Source: an uncultured Clostridia bacterium
Lineage (GTDB): Bacteria > Bacillota > Clostridia > Christensenellales > Borkfalkiaceae
Reading direction: 5' to 3'
NCBI GenBank assembly: GCA_945638575.1
Contig: CALZDP010000004.1
Location: forward strand, 8,485-72,484
DNA length: 64,000 nt
The notes beneath the pieces were generated by a model that was not told the DNA's origin, searched no databases, and was given only the letters and a program-made list of their open reading frames with translations. Of the stretch, positions 18,717-28,538 are shown one piece after another; position 1 is the first letter of the stretch; each line of letters begins with the position of its first letter. The position numbers were made by a program, and so were the translations under genes.

Positions 18717-18740
18717 AAAAGTGGGGCAATAAGCCCGTTA
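18717..18740 (+). repeat. 24-nt motif copy (AAAAGTGGGGCAATAAGCCCGTTA), between the DUF1667 and PepF genes
   Basis: Read directly; CTATAAG is replaced by CAATAAG. Confidence 0.8.
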
Positions 18741-18749
18741 TTCGGTATT

Positions 18750-19103
18750 TTAGTTTAATTCCGTTTTGGTTGCGATTAAATTTACCCCTTCGTATAAATC
18801 GTTTATAACTATATCCCCCGTATGAACGGGAAGGGTGGGATGAACGCCGTTTATGGTTTCCATAAGAGAAAGCATCATATCACGGGGAATGGGTTTGTCC
18901 GTTTTGACGGGAAGCATTTTACCGCCGACGCATTTAACCGAAGTTGTCAAAACCCTAAGCGGACGAACAACTTCGTTTTCGGCGTAAAGTTTTCCGCGCG
19001 GACAGGTGTTGCCTTTAACGTAAACGGCAACTCCGTTTTCAACGCCGGCTTCTATTTGACAGCCCATAGGACATTCGACACAGGTAAGATTTTTAATTTG
19101 CAT
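18750..19103 (-). CDS. DUF1667 domain protein (small subunit of the flavoprotein trio)
   Basis: 117 aa, N-terminal Cys cluster CVECPMGC. Its position after two FAD oxidoreductase genes fits the conserved three-gene cluster seen in anaerobes. Confidence 0.7.
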   Translation of the reverse strand: MQIKNLTCVECPMGCQIEAGVENGVAVYVKGNTCPRGKLYAENEVVRPLRVLTTSVKCVGGKMLPVKTDKPIPRDMMLSLMETINGVHPTLPVHTGDIVINDLYEGVNLIATKTELN

Positions 19104-19118
19104 AAAAACACCTCTCTA

Positions 19119-20363
19119 TTAGACCTCTAATTCCACGGTTACGGGCGATGAAAGATTTTGCACCTTATCCGCGGTTAAAATAAGAGTTTCCATTTCGCCC
19201 GGAACGGCGATTTTCTTTTTTCTTTCCAAAATAACTTCATTACCGGACTTTATACGAATCGTGCAATTTTTGAAGGTATTTTTAACACGGAAGAAAAGTT
19301 TGACGTTGCCGTCTACACCCTTGTTTATCTTTTGCGGTAATACATAACTTATGTTATCCCCTGCTTGGGTATCCAAAAAGTCGTAAACGCCTTCGCCGTT
19401 TAAAACATACTGCGCGCTGTACCGTCCGGCGATTTCCGCTTCTTCGGAAACAAAGTCCACAAGGTCGTGTACCTGCAAAACGTTACCGCAAGCAAAAATT
19501 CCCCTTTCCATAGTTTCGCGTGTTTGGGAAACTACCGCACCGCGCGTTTTCGGCGACAAGGTAATACCGCAAGATTTTGTAAGTTCGTTTTCGGGTATCA
19601 ACCCTACCGAGAAAAGAACCGTATCGCAGGAAAAGTGCCGCTCTGTGCCCGTTATCGGCCTTTTTTGAGCGTCGACCTCGGATATGGTAACGCCTGTAAC
19701 GCGGTCTGTTCCTTCGATTTTAGTAATGGTGTGATTAAGATATAAAGGTATGCCGAAGTCATCCAAACACTGTACGATGTTGCGTTTTAGTCCGCTTGAA
19801 TAAGGCATGATTTCGCATACGGCGTGGACTTTTGCACCCTCTAAGGTCATACGCCTTGCCATTATTAAACCGATGTCGCCGGAACCTAAAATTACGACTT
19901 CCTTACCCGGCATATAGCCTTTAACGTTGACGTATTTTTGCGCCGTACCAGCCGAATAAATACCGGCAGGTCTGGTACCTGCGACGTTCAATGCGCCGCG
20001 GCTTCTTTCCCTGCAGCCCATTGCAAGAATGATTGATTTTGCTTCTATCGTGAAAAATCCGAGTTCGGGATTGACCGCTTTGACGGTCTTATTTTTATCA
20101 AGGGAAATAACGGTGGTTTCAAGGTAATATTTTATTCCCCTTTCACGCACTTTATCGATAAATCTTTCGGCATATTCCGGACCGGAAAGGCTTTCTTTAA
20201 ACCTTGTTAGACCGAAACCGTTATGAATACACTGATTTAAAATTCCGCCGAGTTCCTCTCCGCGTTCCAAAATTACCACGTCTTTTACTCCGCCGTCAAA
20301 AGCCGCTACGGCTGCGGCAAGACCTGCCGGACCGCCGCCGATTATAACAATATCGTGTTTCAT
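19119..20363 (-). CDS. NAD(P)/FAD-dependent pyridine nucleotide-disulfide oxidoreductase
   Basis: Two Rossmann dinucleotide motifs (IIGGGPAGLAAA and VILGSGDIGLIMA); 4-nt overlap with the upstream gene. Confidence 0.8.
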   Translation of the reverse strand: MKHDIVIIGGGPAGLAAAVAAFDGGVKDVVILERGEELGGILNQCIHNGFGLTRFKESLSGPEYAERFIDKVRERGIKYYLETTVISLDKNKTVKAVNPELGFFTIEAKSIILAMGCRERSRGALNVAGTRPAGIYSAGTAQKYVNVKGYMPGKEVVILGSGDIGLIMARRMTLEGAKVHAVCEIMPYSSGLKRNIVQCLDDFGIPLYLNHTITKIEGTDRVTGVTISEVDAQKRPITGTERHFSCDTVLFSVGLIPENELTKSCGITLSPKTRGAVVSQTRETMERGIFACGNVLQVHDLVDFVSEEAEIAGRYSAQYVLNGEGVYDFLDTQAGDNISYVLPQKINKGVDGNVKLFFRVKNTFKNCTIRIKSGNEVILERKKKIAVPGEMETLILTADKVQNLSSPVTVELEV

Positions 20364-21790
20364 TTGCTTACCCCTTGTAAAAGATTTGATTTTTTACCCG
20401 ATTTGGTTACTTCCGTTAAAGGAAGGTTGTTGCATTTTGCTATTATTTCTGCAACGTAAGGTTGACAAAAACCGCCCTGACATCTGCCCATTCCGGCACG
20501 AGTACGGCGTTTTACGCCGTCGACCGTGGTTGCGCGAGGGTTTTCGGTACAAGCGCAAATGATTTCGCCCTCGGTAATCTGCTCGCAACGGCAAATTATT
20601 CTGCCGTAAGTCGGATCTTTTTTGATTATTTGGTTCTTTTCTTCGTCCGTTAAATTTTTGAAAAAGTAATCTGGACGGCGGTAAGGATTGAATTCAACGT
20701 TTTTATTAAGCGGTAAAAGTGCGCCTATAAGCCCGTTAACCACATATTTTGCTATTGCCGGCGCACTTGTAAGACCGGGGGATTCGATACCTGCGCAGTT
20801 TATCAAGCCTTCTACCTTTGGGCTCTTTTCAACGATAAAATCGTGCCTGTCGGAATACGCCCTTATGCCGGCAAAGGAAGTTATCGTGTTATAAAAAGGT
20901 ATGTTTTTACACATCTTTTTTGCCTTTTCGATAACCCAATTTAAGCCTTCCTGCGTAGTTTCGGTGTCGGGTATATCCATTTCTTCGGCGGTAGGACCGA
21001 GCAATATGTTGTTATCTACGGTGGGAAGCACCAAAACACCTTTGCCGAGTTTGGTGGGCGTAAAGAAGAGCGTGCGTGTCACAAAGCCCGCACATTCACG
21101 GTCAAGCAAAATATATTCGCCCTTTCTTGCCCCTATTTTTATGCTGTCATCACCGAAAAATTCGGCAACTTTACCGCTGTAAAGACCTGCGCAGTTGACA
21201 ACAATTTTACCTTGCACCTGTCTGCCGTCGCTTGCGGTTACCGTAAACGCACCTTTTTCTTTTTTGGCGGAAACCGCTTCAAAATCGGTATACAAAACCG
21301 CGCCGTTATCCATGGCGTTGCCGATTAAAGATATGGTAAGTTCATACGGGCAAACAATTCCGCCCGTTTTTGCGTAAAGAGCGCCTACAGCCTCGTCGGA
21401 AAGGTTAGGTTCTAATTCCCTTAACTCTTCGGCGGAAATTATTTCAAGTTCGCCGACGCCGTTTGCCTCTCCGCGTGCTTTCAGGCTTTGCAAGGTGTTT
21501 AAATCTTCATCGGAAAAGGCAACTACCAATGAGCCGTTCTTTTTATATTTTACGCCGAGTTCTTTGCAAATGCCTTCCATCATAAGGTTGCCTTCAACGT
21601 TGAATTTCGCCTTTAAAGTACCTTCCGCGGCGTCGAAGCCTGCGTGTACCACGCCGGAATTTGCACGGCTTGCGCCCATACAGACGTCGCTTTCCTTTTC
21701 TAAAAGGCAAATCTTCAGATCATACTTACTTAACTCGCGAAGAACGCTTGCGCCGATCACTCCGCCGCCGATAACCAAAACATCAAACAT
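20360..21790 (-). CDS. FAD-dependent oxidoreductase, glycerol-3-phosphate dehydrogenase-like with BFD-like [2Fe-2S] domain
   Basis: N-terminal VIGGGVIGAS FAD motif and a C-terminal CRCEQITEGEI...CQGGFC BFD-type cysteine pattern. Confidence 0.8.
   Translation of the reverse strand: MFDVLVIGGGVIGASVLRELSKYDLKICLLEKESDVCMGASRANSGVVHAGFDAAEGTLKAKFNVEGNLMMEGICKELGVKYKKNGSLVVAFSDEDLNTLQSLKARGEANGVGELEIISAEELRELEPNLSDEAVGALYAKTGGIVCPYELTISLIGNAMDNGAVLYTDFEAVSAKKEKGAFTVTASDGRQVQGKIVVNCAGLYSGKVAEFFGDDSIKIGARKGEYILLDRECAGFVTRTLFFTPTKLGKGVLVLPTVDNNILLGPTAEEMDIPDTETTQEGLNWVIEKAKKMCKNIPFYNTITSFAGIRAYSDRHDFIVEKSPKVEGLINCAGIESPGLTSAPAIAKYVVNGLIGALLPLNKNVEFNPYRRPDYFFKNLTDEEKNQIIKKDPTYGRIICRCEQITEGEIICACTENPRATTVDGVKRRTRAGMGRCQGGFCQPYVAEIIAKCNNLPLTEVTKSGKKSNLLQGVSK
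20715..20738 (+). repeat. 24-nt motif copy inside the G3P-dehydrogenase-like CDS (AAAAGTGCGCCTATAAGCCCGTTA), read on the coding strand as ...NGLIGALL...
   Basis: Read directly; the protein shows VVNGLIGALLPLNK. Confidence 0.9.
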
Positions 21791-21823
21791 ATTTTTTCCT
21801 TTTGCCGTTTAACGACGGCCGTA

Positions 21824-22636
21824 TTACAAAATTATTTTTTCAATACCTTCAAACACGAAGGCGGGCTTTATTTGAAATTCCTGTATATCCTTTAAAGTTG
21901 CTTCTCCGCTTAAAACGCAAACGGTGTCTATACCTGCGTTGTAACCGGAAGTTATGTCCGTAGACAGTCTATCGCCGATAACCACAGTTTCCTCTTTTGT
22001 TACCCCTTCGCGCTCCATTGCGCTGTAAAGCATTTGCGGTTTGGGTTTACCGATATATATGGGGTTTTTGCCCGACGCTTTGAATAGCCCGAAACACATC
22101 GAGCCAAGATCCGGCACGAAGCCGTAATTTACCGGACAAACGTAGTCGGGGTGAGTGGCGTAATAGGTTGCGTTTGTAGTGCAAAGCATTTTGCTTGTAG
22201 TGCTTAACTTTTCAAAAGTAAGTTCGGTATCGAAGCCTAAAAGTATAGCCTTAGCCGACTTATCGTAAACCGTGGTAATATTCAAACCGCCGTCTTTAAG
22301 TTCCTTTATAAAAGAGGCAGTGCCCTGCGCGTAAATAAGCGCGCCTTGGTAAGTCTTTTTTAAAAGCATTACGGAAGCGTTTGTGGAAGTAAAAAAGTTA
22401 TCTTCATTGGCTTTTATGCCCATTTTTTCGACCTTTTTAACATAATCCGCTACCGATTTAGAGGAATTGTTTGTTACAAACACATATTTGGCGTTATGCG
22501 ATAAAATCGAATCCAAAAAAGCCGCAGTACCGCCGAAAACGGTATTTTCGTTATAAACAGTTCCGTCCATATCAAGAAGAAACAGTTTTTTATTTTTAAG
22601 CCTTTCGGCGTTTTGGTTAAAAAAGTCGGTTAACAC
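21824..22636 (-). CDS. HAD-IIA family hydrolase (NagD-like sugar phosphatase)
   Basis: DMDGT motif I (FLLDMDGTVY), TNNS motif II, GKP and GDRLSTD motifs. Confidence 0.8.
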   Translation of the reverse strand: MLTDFFNQNAERLKNKKLFLLDMDGTVYNENTVFGGTAAFLDSILSHNAKYVFVTNNSSKSVADYVKKVEKMGIKANEDNFFTSTNASVMLLKKTYQGALIYAQGTASFIKELKDGGLNITTVYDKSAKAILLGFDTELTFEKLSTTSKMLCTTNATYYATHPDYVCPVNYGFVPDLGSMCFGLFKASGKNPIYIGKPKPQMLYSAMEREGVTKEETVVIGDRLSTDITSGYNAGIDTVCVLSGEATLKDIQEFQIKPAFVFEGIEKIIL

Positions 22637-22764
22637 CTTTCCTTTCCCCTTTTAAATAGTGAATTTACAACAATTTCGCCAAATTATAGTTTAACATACT
22701 TTTTATATAATAACAAGAATAATCGTAAAATTTTACCGCAAAAAATTATTTCGCCACGAAGGTA

Positions 22765-22799
22765 TAAAAAAATACGCCGCGAAAACGCAACGTATTTTT
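22765..22799 (-). terminator. Rho-independent terminator after the DUF2752 gene
   Basis: Minus strand TACGTTGCG-TTTT-CGCGGCGTA (two G:U pairs) followed by TTTTTTT. Confidence 0.7.
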
Positions 22800-22927
22800 A
22801 ATTTAATTTTTTAATTCAAACAAAAAAGTTGCTTACGGCGGTTTTTAGCGGAATTTTGACAATACCCCGATTTTTAAAAAGGGATACAAAGTAAAACCGC
22901 AAAGCAAAAATTGTTTTTTCTTCATCG

Positions 22928-23284
22928 TTAAAATATAACGGTAATAAGATAAAAAACAAAGTTTGCCACCGCCACGGTTACGGTAAATATGTCGATAATT
23001 ATCGGCTTTTTAAACAGAAACCTGTTGATTTCGAGTATCACCGCAACAAACAGCGGAAGGGAAAAGGGCTTAACAAAATAGCCCTTAAAATCGCCCTTGA
23101 ATAGGCAAAGTACCGCCGTGGTGCTTCCGCAAGTGGGACAATCGAAGCCAAGCAAAAGTTTTAGCGGACAGGATATGCCCGTTAAATTAAGCAAAGCGTA
23201 ATAAGCGCAAACCACCGCCAAAACGATAAGGTTTACGATAATTGCTTTTTTTAATTTACTGAATGGCTTGCCAAAGTTTGTCAA
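22928..23284 (-). CDS. DUF2752 domain membrane protein
   Basis: CPLKLLLGFDCPTCGSTTA motif typical of DUF2752; 29-nt overlap with the upstream TM2 gene. Confidence 0.7.
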   Translation of the reverse strand: MTNFGKPFSKLKKAIIVNLIVLAVVCAYYALLNLTGISCPLKLLLGFDCPTCGSTTAVLCLFKGDFKGYFVKPFSLPLFVAVILEINRFLFKKPIIIDIFTVTVAVANFVFYLITVIF

Positions 23285-23594
23285 AGTTCTTCTCTTTGGT
23301 TCTGTTCATAATAAGGAACCAGTCGACGATAGTCATTATACCGCAGCAACCGCAGGTAAGCAATTTTAATACGCCAAGGCCTATATCGCCGACAATAAAC
23401 CTATCTACGCCGAGTGTACCTAAAAACAGTGAAAATAACAGGTTAACAGTCGGTTTTTGAAGTTCTATAAAACTAAGATACTGACTCTTTTCTTCAGGCA
23501 GTGTTAAAAGTTTTTCCCTTATAAACATCATTTTGTCGGAAGGGAAATATTCTTGATGCGTCAATAAATATATATCGACTTTTTCTTGCGTCAT
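23256..23594 (-). CDS. TM2 domain-containing membrane protein
   Basis: GTLGVDRFIVGDIGLGVLKLLT TM2 signature; 112 aa. Confidence 0.75.
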   Translation of the reverse strand: MTQEKVDIYLLTHQEYFPSDKMMFIREKLLTLPEEKSQYLSFIELQKPTVNLLFSLFLGTLGVDRFIVGDIGLGVLKLLTCGCCGIMTIVDWFLIMNRTKEKNFDKLWQAIQ

Positions 23595-23774
23595 TTTTAA
23601 AAACTCCTTAAATTATATTATCTTTTGTGTTGCCTGTATCGGCAACTGAAATTATTATATCACAATTACTTATACATGCCAACCGCGGTAGATAAATATC
23701 TAAACAAGTCAAATTATTATCTTAAAATTTTCTGTTAACCTGCTTTTTGACTGCATTTTTTAAAAAATTGTCGA

Positions 23775-23798
23775 TAATCGGCTTATAGGCCGACTTTT
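23775..23798 (-). repeat. 24-nt motif copy, reverse orientation (TAATCGGCTTATAGGCCGACTTTT), overlapping the malQ stop codon
   Basis: Read directly; the variant GCCGATTA is shared with the copy at 59898. Confidence 0.85.
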
Positions 23799-25284
23799 AA
23801 TTAAATCTTCCGCCTTTCACGGTAAGGTTTAGCATACGCTTTTTTAAGCCTTCCGTTCGGTAATTTTTCGGCAAAATATATGTCCAATTATTTTCCGGCG
23901 TAGAAGGAACGTTCATTCTGGCTTCGTTTCCCAAACGCATATAGTCGATAAGAGGAACCATTGACAGGTTTGCTATGCTTTTATGAGCGAACAAAATCAA
24001 AGCGTCGACAAGGTTTTGACCGCGTTTTACGGGTACCTCTTTAAAAAACTTGGCGCGTGTGTCATCACCCATGTTTTCCGCCCAATACTTAGTGGCGTCG
24101 CTGTCGTGCGTACCCACGTACACCACGCAGTTATCGTTTTCGTAATTTTTGGGAAGATATGCAGCGTCGTTATCGTAAAAGGCAAAATGAAGCATTTTCA
24201 TACCGGGATACCCCGTTTTTTTCATAAGTTCGATAACGTCTTCGGTAATATAACCTAAATCTTCGGCAATTACCTTTAAATTGGGAAGGGCTTTATTTAT
24301 TGCTTCAAACAGCGGATAAGAAACGCCTTCGTAATACCTGCCGTTTTTTGCGGTACTTTCGCCGAAAGGCACTGCATAATATCCTGCAAATCCCCTAAAA
24401 TGGTCTATCCTTACGATGTCGTAAAGATCCTGAGCGCGTTTTACACGCTGTATCCACCAATGATAGCCGTTTTTAGACATTGCCTCCCAATCGTAAATGG
24501 GATTGCCCCATAACTGCCCGTCCGGTGAAAACCCGTCAGGCGGACAGCCTGCAACCAAAATCGGGTTCAAAGTGTCTTTGTCAAGCAAAAACTCGTTCGG
24601 CATAGTCCATACGTCAACGCTGTCCAAACTTACGTAAATGGGCATATCGCCGAGAATAACTATATCCTTTTTGTGCGCATAATCTAAAACCTTCCGCCAT
24701 TCGCACTCGAACTCATACTGCACAAACTTCCAAAAGTCCATTTCCTTTTGAAACTTTTCCGCTTGTAATTTCGCCCTGTTATAAAATTTATACTCATCTT
24801 CCCAACTGTTCCAACTTGCGTAATTATGGGCGACTTTTAGAGCCATAAACAAAGCATAATCGTCAAGCCAACCTTGATTTTTTGTGCAATAATCGACATA
24901 TAGCCCCGTTTTTTGAAATTTAGCATAGGCTAAACGCAATAACTTAAAGCGGTTTGCAAAAAGATATCCATAGTCTATTTTAGGCGACGTCCTTTTAAAT
25001 TGTTCAACCTCTTTTTCGGTTAAAAGTCCCTTTTTATAAAGGGTATAAGGGTCTATAAAATAAGGATTACCTGCAAACGTTGCGGGACTTTGGTAAGGCG
25101 AATCCCCGTAAGCGGTGGGGTTAAGGGGCAAAATTTGCCATACTTTTTGTCCCGTCTGTGCCAAAAAGTCTATAAAATCGTAACATTCCTTACCGAAACC
25201 GCCGATGCCGTAATCGGAAGGAAGCATAGACACGGCGCAAAACACGCCGGCTTTATGTTTAAAACCGAAATTATCTTTAATCAT
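23797..25284 (-). CDS. malQ: 4-alpha-glucanotransferase (amylomaltase)
   Basis: 495 aa GH77-like sequence: GIGGFGKE..., SPYQS, RIDHFRGF, IAEDLG, GTHD motifs. Confidence 0.9.
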   Translation of the reverse strand: MIKDNFGFKHKAGVFCAVSMLPSDYGIGGFGKECYDFIDFLAQTGQKVWQILPLNPTAYGDSPYQSPATFAGNPYFIDPYTLYKKGLLTEKEVEQFKRTSPKIDYGYLFANRFKLLRLAYAKFQKTGLYVDYCTKNQGWLDDYALFMALKVAHNYASWNSWEDEYKFYNRAKLQAEKFQKEMDFWKFVQYEFECEWRKVLDYAHKKDIVILGDMPIYVSLDSVDVWTMPNEFLLDKDTLNPILVAGCPPDGFSPDGQLWGNPIYDWEAMSKNGYHWWIQRVKRAQDLYDIVRIDHFRGFAGYYAVPFGESTAKNGRYYEGVSYPLFEAINKALPNLKVIAEDLGYITEDVIELMKKTGYPGMKMLHFAFYDNDAAYLPKNYENDNCVVYVGTHDSDATKYWAENMGDDTRAKFFKEVPVKRGQNLVDALILFAHKSIANLSMVPLIDYMRLGNEARMNVPSTPENNWTYILPKNYRTEGLKKRMLNLTVKGGRFN

Positions 25285-25291
25285 TTTTTAA

Positions 25292-25315
25292 AAAAGTCAG
25301 CCTATAAGCCTGTTA
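25292..25315 (+). repeat. 24-nt motif copy (AAAAGTCAGCCTATAAGCCTGTTA), between the M18 peptidase gene and malQ
   Basis: Read directly. Confidence 0.9.
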
Positions 25316-25368
25316 TTTGATGTTTTTGAAAGAATCCGATACCTTAAATTTTAGGTATCGGACAACAA

Positions 25369-26754
25369 TTATTTACTTAAATAGAAGCACTTAAATGCTT
25401 TGTAAGTTTCGTATAAATCCTTTTTGGAAATTACTTCTAACGGGGAATGCATGGATAGTACGGGAACACCTACGTCGATAGTATCGATATTGTGGTTTGC
25501 AACGTATTTTGCGATAGTTCCGCCGCCGCCTTGGTCAACCTTACCGAGTTCGCCCATCTGCCAAACAATGCCGTTGGATTCAAACAGGCTTCTTACTTTT
25601 CCCACGAGTTCGCAAGAAGCGTCGCTGGTACCGCCCTTCCCGCGTGAGCCTGTATACTTGCAAAGCGCTACCCCGCCGTTAAGATAGGTTGCGTTGTTCT
25701 TTTCGTAGACTTCGGAATACAAAGGATCGTATGCGGCGGTTACGTCGGCGGACAGACAGGTTGAATTCATTTTAACTTTATTCTTGTTGACGCCGAAATA
25801 TTCGCAGATTTCATCGATTAAATCGTACAAAATTGAGCACTGCGAACCCGTTACGCCGTCCGAACCCGTTTCTTCTTTGTCCGCGAGAAGGCATATACAG
25901 GTATCTGTCGACTTTTCGCTGTCTAAAAATGCGGTGAGCGCCGGATACGCACAAACCCTGTCGTCGTGTCCGTAACCGGAAATCATAGACCTATCTAAGC
26001 CCAAATCTCTTGACTTACCTGCCGGTACGGCGCAAAGTTCTGCGGATAAAAAGTCGGTTTCGGTAATGCCGTATTTTTGATTAAGAAGTTTAAGCACGTT
26101 AAGTTTTACGCCCTTATCGGCATCTTCGGAGATACTGTCCGAACCCAACAAAAGGTTAAGTCCCTCGCCAGTAAAGGCGGTTGCCAACGTTTTTTGGGAT
26201 TGGTCTTGCGCAAGGTGCGGAAGAAGGTCTGTTATGCAAAGTACGGGGTCGGATAAATCTTCACCGATTTTTACTTCTGCCTTAGCGCCGTCTTTTTTAA
26301 CCACTACGCCGTGAAGAGCAAGCGGAATGGTCGTCCATTGATACTTACGGATTCCGCCGTAATAATGGGTTTTAAGGTAGGCAAAATTTTCCTTTTCATA
26401 TAAAGGATTTTGTTTGATGTCAAGCCTTGGAGAATCGATGTGCGCGCCTACCAACTTAACGCCGTTTGATAGGTCGTTACCGATTCTGAAAGCGCAAAGG
26501 GACTTAAATCTGTTATTGAAATAATACTTTCCGCCCTTTTCGAGTTTATCGCCGAAGTTAAAGGCTTTGTAACCTTTGTCTTTTAAAACTTCGCAAGCGT
26601 ATATAACCGCTTCACGCTCGGTTTTGGATTGGTCGATAAAGTTTTTATAATCTTCGGCGTAGTTAAAAATAACTTCGTCCATAGGTTTTGAAGCAAGGCT
26701 TTCACGTTTAAACGATAAATCTTTGGTTGTCTTTTCTAATTCTTTTTTAGTCAT
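25369..26754 (-). CDS. M18 family aminopeptidase
   Basis: 461 aa with HIDSPRLD, GHDDR, ADKEETGS and SMHSP motifs. Confidence 0.85.
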   Translation of the reverse strand: MTKKELEKTTKDLSFKRESLASKPMDEVIFNYAEDYKNFIDQSKTEREAVIYACEVLKDKGYKAFNFGDKLEKGGKYYFNNRFKSLCAFRIGNDLSNGVKLVGAHIDSPRLDIKQNPLYEKENFAYLKTHYYGGIRKYQWTTIPLALHGVVVKKDGAKAEVKIGEDLSDPVLCITDLLPHLAQDQSQKTLATAFTGEGLNLLLGSDSISEDADKGVKLNVLKLLNQKYGITETDFLSAELCAVPAGKSRDLGLDRSMISGYGHDDRVCAYPALTAFLDSEKSTDTCICLLADKEETGSDGVTGSQCSILYDLIDEICEYFGVNKNKVKMNSTCLSADVTAAYDPLYSEVYEKNNATYLNGGVALCKYTGSRGKGGTSDASCELVGKVRSLFESNGIVWQMGELGKVDQGGGGTIAKYVANHNIDTIDVGVPVLSMHSPLEVISKKDLYETYKAFKCFYLSK

Positions 26755-26947
26755 AAATCCACCTTTATGTATTGTTGTAATCTTTTTATTTTTATATATT
26801 GTAACACACTTTTATTTGCTTTTGAACAGTTTTTTTATAAAAATTGTTGACTTTTCACAAAAAATCCGAAATAAATTTCAAATTTAGAAATACACCTTAA
26901 AATTTCGTAAATTAAAATCTTAAAAAGGCTTAAAAATCTTTTTAAGT

Positions 26948-28309
26948 TTACTTTTTATCAAAACCGTTTACCCAATTTGAAAACTTATAATAAATCAAAA
27001 AGATAATACTGCTGATTATCCAGGTAACGGGATATACGGGATAGATATAAGAGATGTCGTTAAACATTTTCATAACGATGGTTATATAAATAATACGGAA
27101 TACGCACCAAATCGAAAACATTACCAGCATCGGCACGAAAGCCTTGCCCGAACCGCGGCAAACCGCCGCCACCCCGTGTGAAAAAGCAAGTACGCCGTAA
27201 AACAAACTTACCGTTTTAGCCTGCATTTCGCCGTAGAACAAAACTTCGGGCGAGCCGTCGAAAAAACCTACAAAGTTTTTTGCAAAAATAAAGTAAACGA
27301 CCCCTATGACTTCGGCAAGCAACACGCAGATAATCAGTCCGAACCGAGCGCCCTTTTTAGCCCTTTCTTTATTGCCTGCGCCAAGGTTTTGGCTTATAAA
27401 GGTAGAAATAGCCATGGTGAAACTGTTTATGGGCAAAAAGGCAAACCCTTCTATTTTGCAATGCGCGCCGTAAGCCGCCATGGCAAACTTGCCGAAAGAA
27501 TTTATATAGGACTGAACTATTACGTTGACAAATCCGATTACGGAATTTTGCACCCCCGACGGCAGACCGTATTTTACGATTTCGGAAACCATTTTTCCGT
27601 GGAATTTTATTTTTGAAATGTTTACGGAAATAACCCTTCCCTTTTTGGTTAATTTGATAAAGCACAAAATCACGCTTAAAAGTTGAGATATGCCCGTTGC
27701 AACCGCCGCCGCCCAAACGCCGAAGCGAAACACCGCAAGAAATATTACGTCCAAAACGATATTCGTTACAGATGAAAATATAAGGTAATACAAGGGGCTT
27801 TTGCTGTCCCCTACGGCGTTCATGATGCTTTGGCAGACGTTGTACATTATCATAGGGATTCCGCCGAGAAAATAGTAGCGGAAGTACTCTATAGCCTCGG
27901 GCAGAACTTCGGGATCGGTTTTCATAAGTTTAAGTAAAAACGGGGTTAAAAACACGCCGATTAAAGTTAATAAGCATCCGCCTAAAAGTCCTAAGGCTAT
28001 GTGGGTATGTACCGCTTTATGAACAGATTCGTAATCGCCTGCGCCGAAGTAGCGTGAAATTACTATTCCCGCCCCCAAAGAGGTGCCTATAAAAAAACTT
28101 GTAAGCAAAAATATCAAGTTGCCGGAAGAAGTTACCGCCGCCAAAGCGTTTGTACCTAAAACCCTTCCCACGATAAAAGCGTCGGCAGAATTGTACAACT
28201 GCTGAAAAAACTGACTTAAAAGTATAGGAAGGGCAAACCCCGTCATCAAAACGGGTACACTGCCCTTTGTCATATCCTTTTGAAATTGTTTGCCGACCTT
28301 TGCGTTCAT
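26948..28309 (-). CDS. MATE family efflux transporter
   Basis: 453 aa, 12 TM segments, N-terminal GSVPVLMTGFALPILLSQFFQQLYNSADAFIVGR typical of MATE/NorM. Confidence 0.85.
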   Translation of the reverse strand: MNAKVGKQFQKDMTKGSVPVLMTGFALPILLSQFFQQLYNSADAFIVGRVLGTNALAAVTSSGNLIFLLTSFFIGTSLGAGIVISRYFGAGDYESVHKAVHTHIALGLLGGCLLTLIGVFLTPFLLKLMKTDPEVLPEAIEYFRYYFLGGIPMIMYNVCQSIMNAVGDSKSPLYYLIFSSVTNIVLDVIFLAVFRFGVWAAAVATGISQLLSVILCFIKLTKKGRVISVNISKIKFHGKMVSEIVKYGLPSGVQNSVIGFVNVIVQSYINSFGKFAMAAYGAHCKIEGFAFLPINSFTMAISTFISQNLGAGNKERAKKGARFGLIICVLLAEVIGVVYFIFAKNFVGFFDGSPEVLFYGEMQAKTVSLFYGVLAFSHGVAAVCRGSGKAFVPMLVMFSIWCVFRIIYITIVMKMFNDISYIYPVYPVTWIISSIIFLIYYKFSNWVNGFDKK

Positions 28310-28322
28310 GTTTTTGCTCGTT

Positions 28323-28358
28323 TAACAGGCTTATATAATTTAATTGCGCCTGCTTTTT
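28323..28358 (-). repeat. Interrupted or degenerate motif copy (TAACAGGCTTATA[taatttaatt]GCGCCTGCTTTTT), just upstream of the MATE gene start
   Basis: Both halves are recognisable but separated by about 10 extra nt. Confidence 0.5.
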
Positions 28359-28483
28359 ATCCCGATTGTTATAATGAATTATAGAACAATTTTGCGATTA
28401 AATCAAACTGTTTTTTGTCCGTATGCGTTTTTTGCTTTGCTTTTTAAGGTTTTCGGATATATAATAGTAACATAAATTAAGTT

Positions 28484-28507
28484 TTGGCTTTGGCTTTGGC
28501 TTTGGCT
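28484..28507. repeat. Hexanucleotide tandem repeat (TTGGCT)x4 in the leader of the M42 peptidase gene
   Basis: Direct reading: gTTTTGGCTTTGGCTTTGGCTTTGGCTTTTat. It lies between a TATAAT hexamer (28460-28465) and the RBS AAGAGG. Confidence 0.9.
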
Positions 28508-28538
28508 TTTATAAAATAGCGAAATTAAGAGGTAAATT

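Noticed and set aside
1171-21812. Many 60-180-aa ORFs in the track that overlap larger genes on the opposite strand or in another frame (e.g. 1171-1563, 9022-9528, 9125-9610, 10689-11234, 16410-16820, 17481-17891, 21495-21812)
   Set aside because: Each sits entirely inside a strongly supported gene with recognisable family motifs. They lack an RBS and have biased shadow-frame composition.
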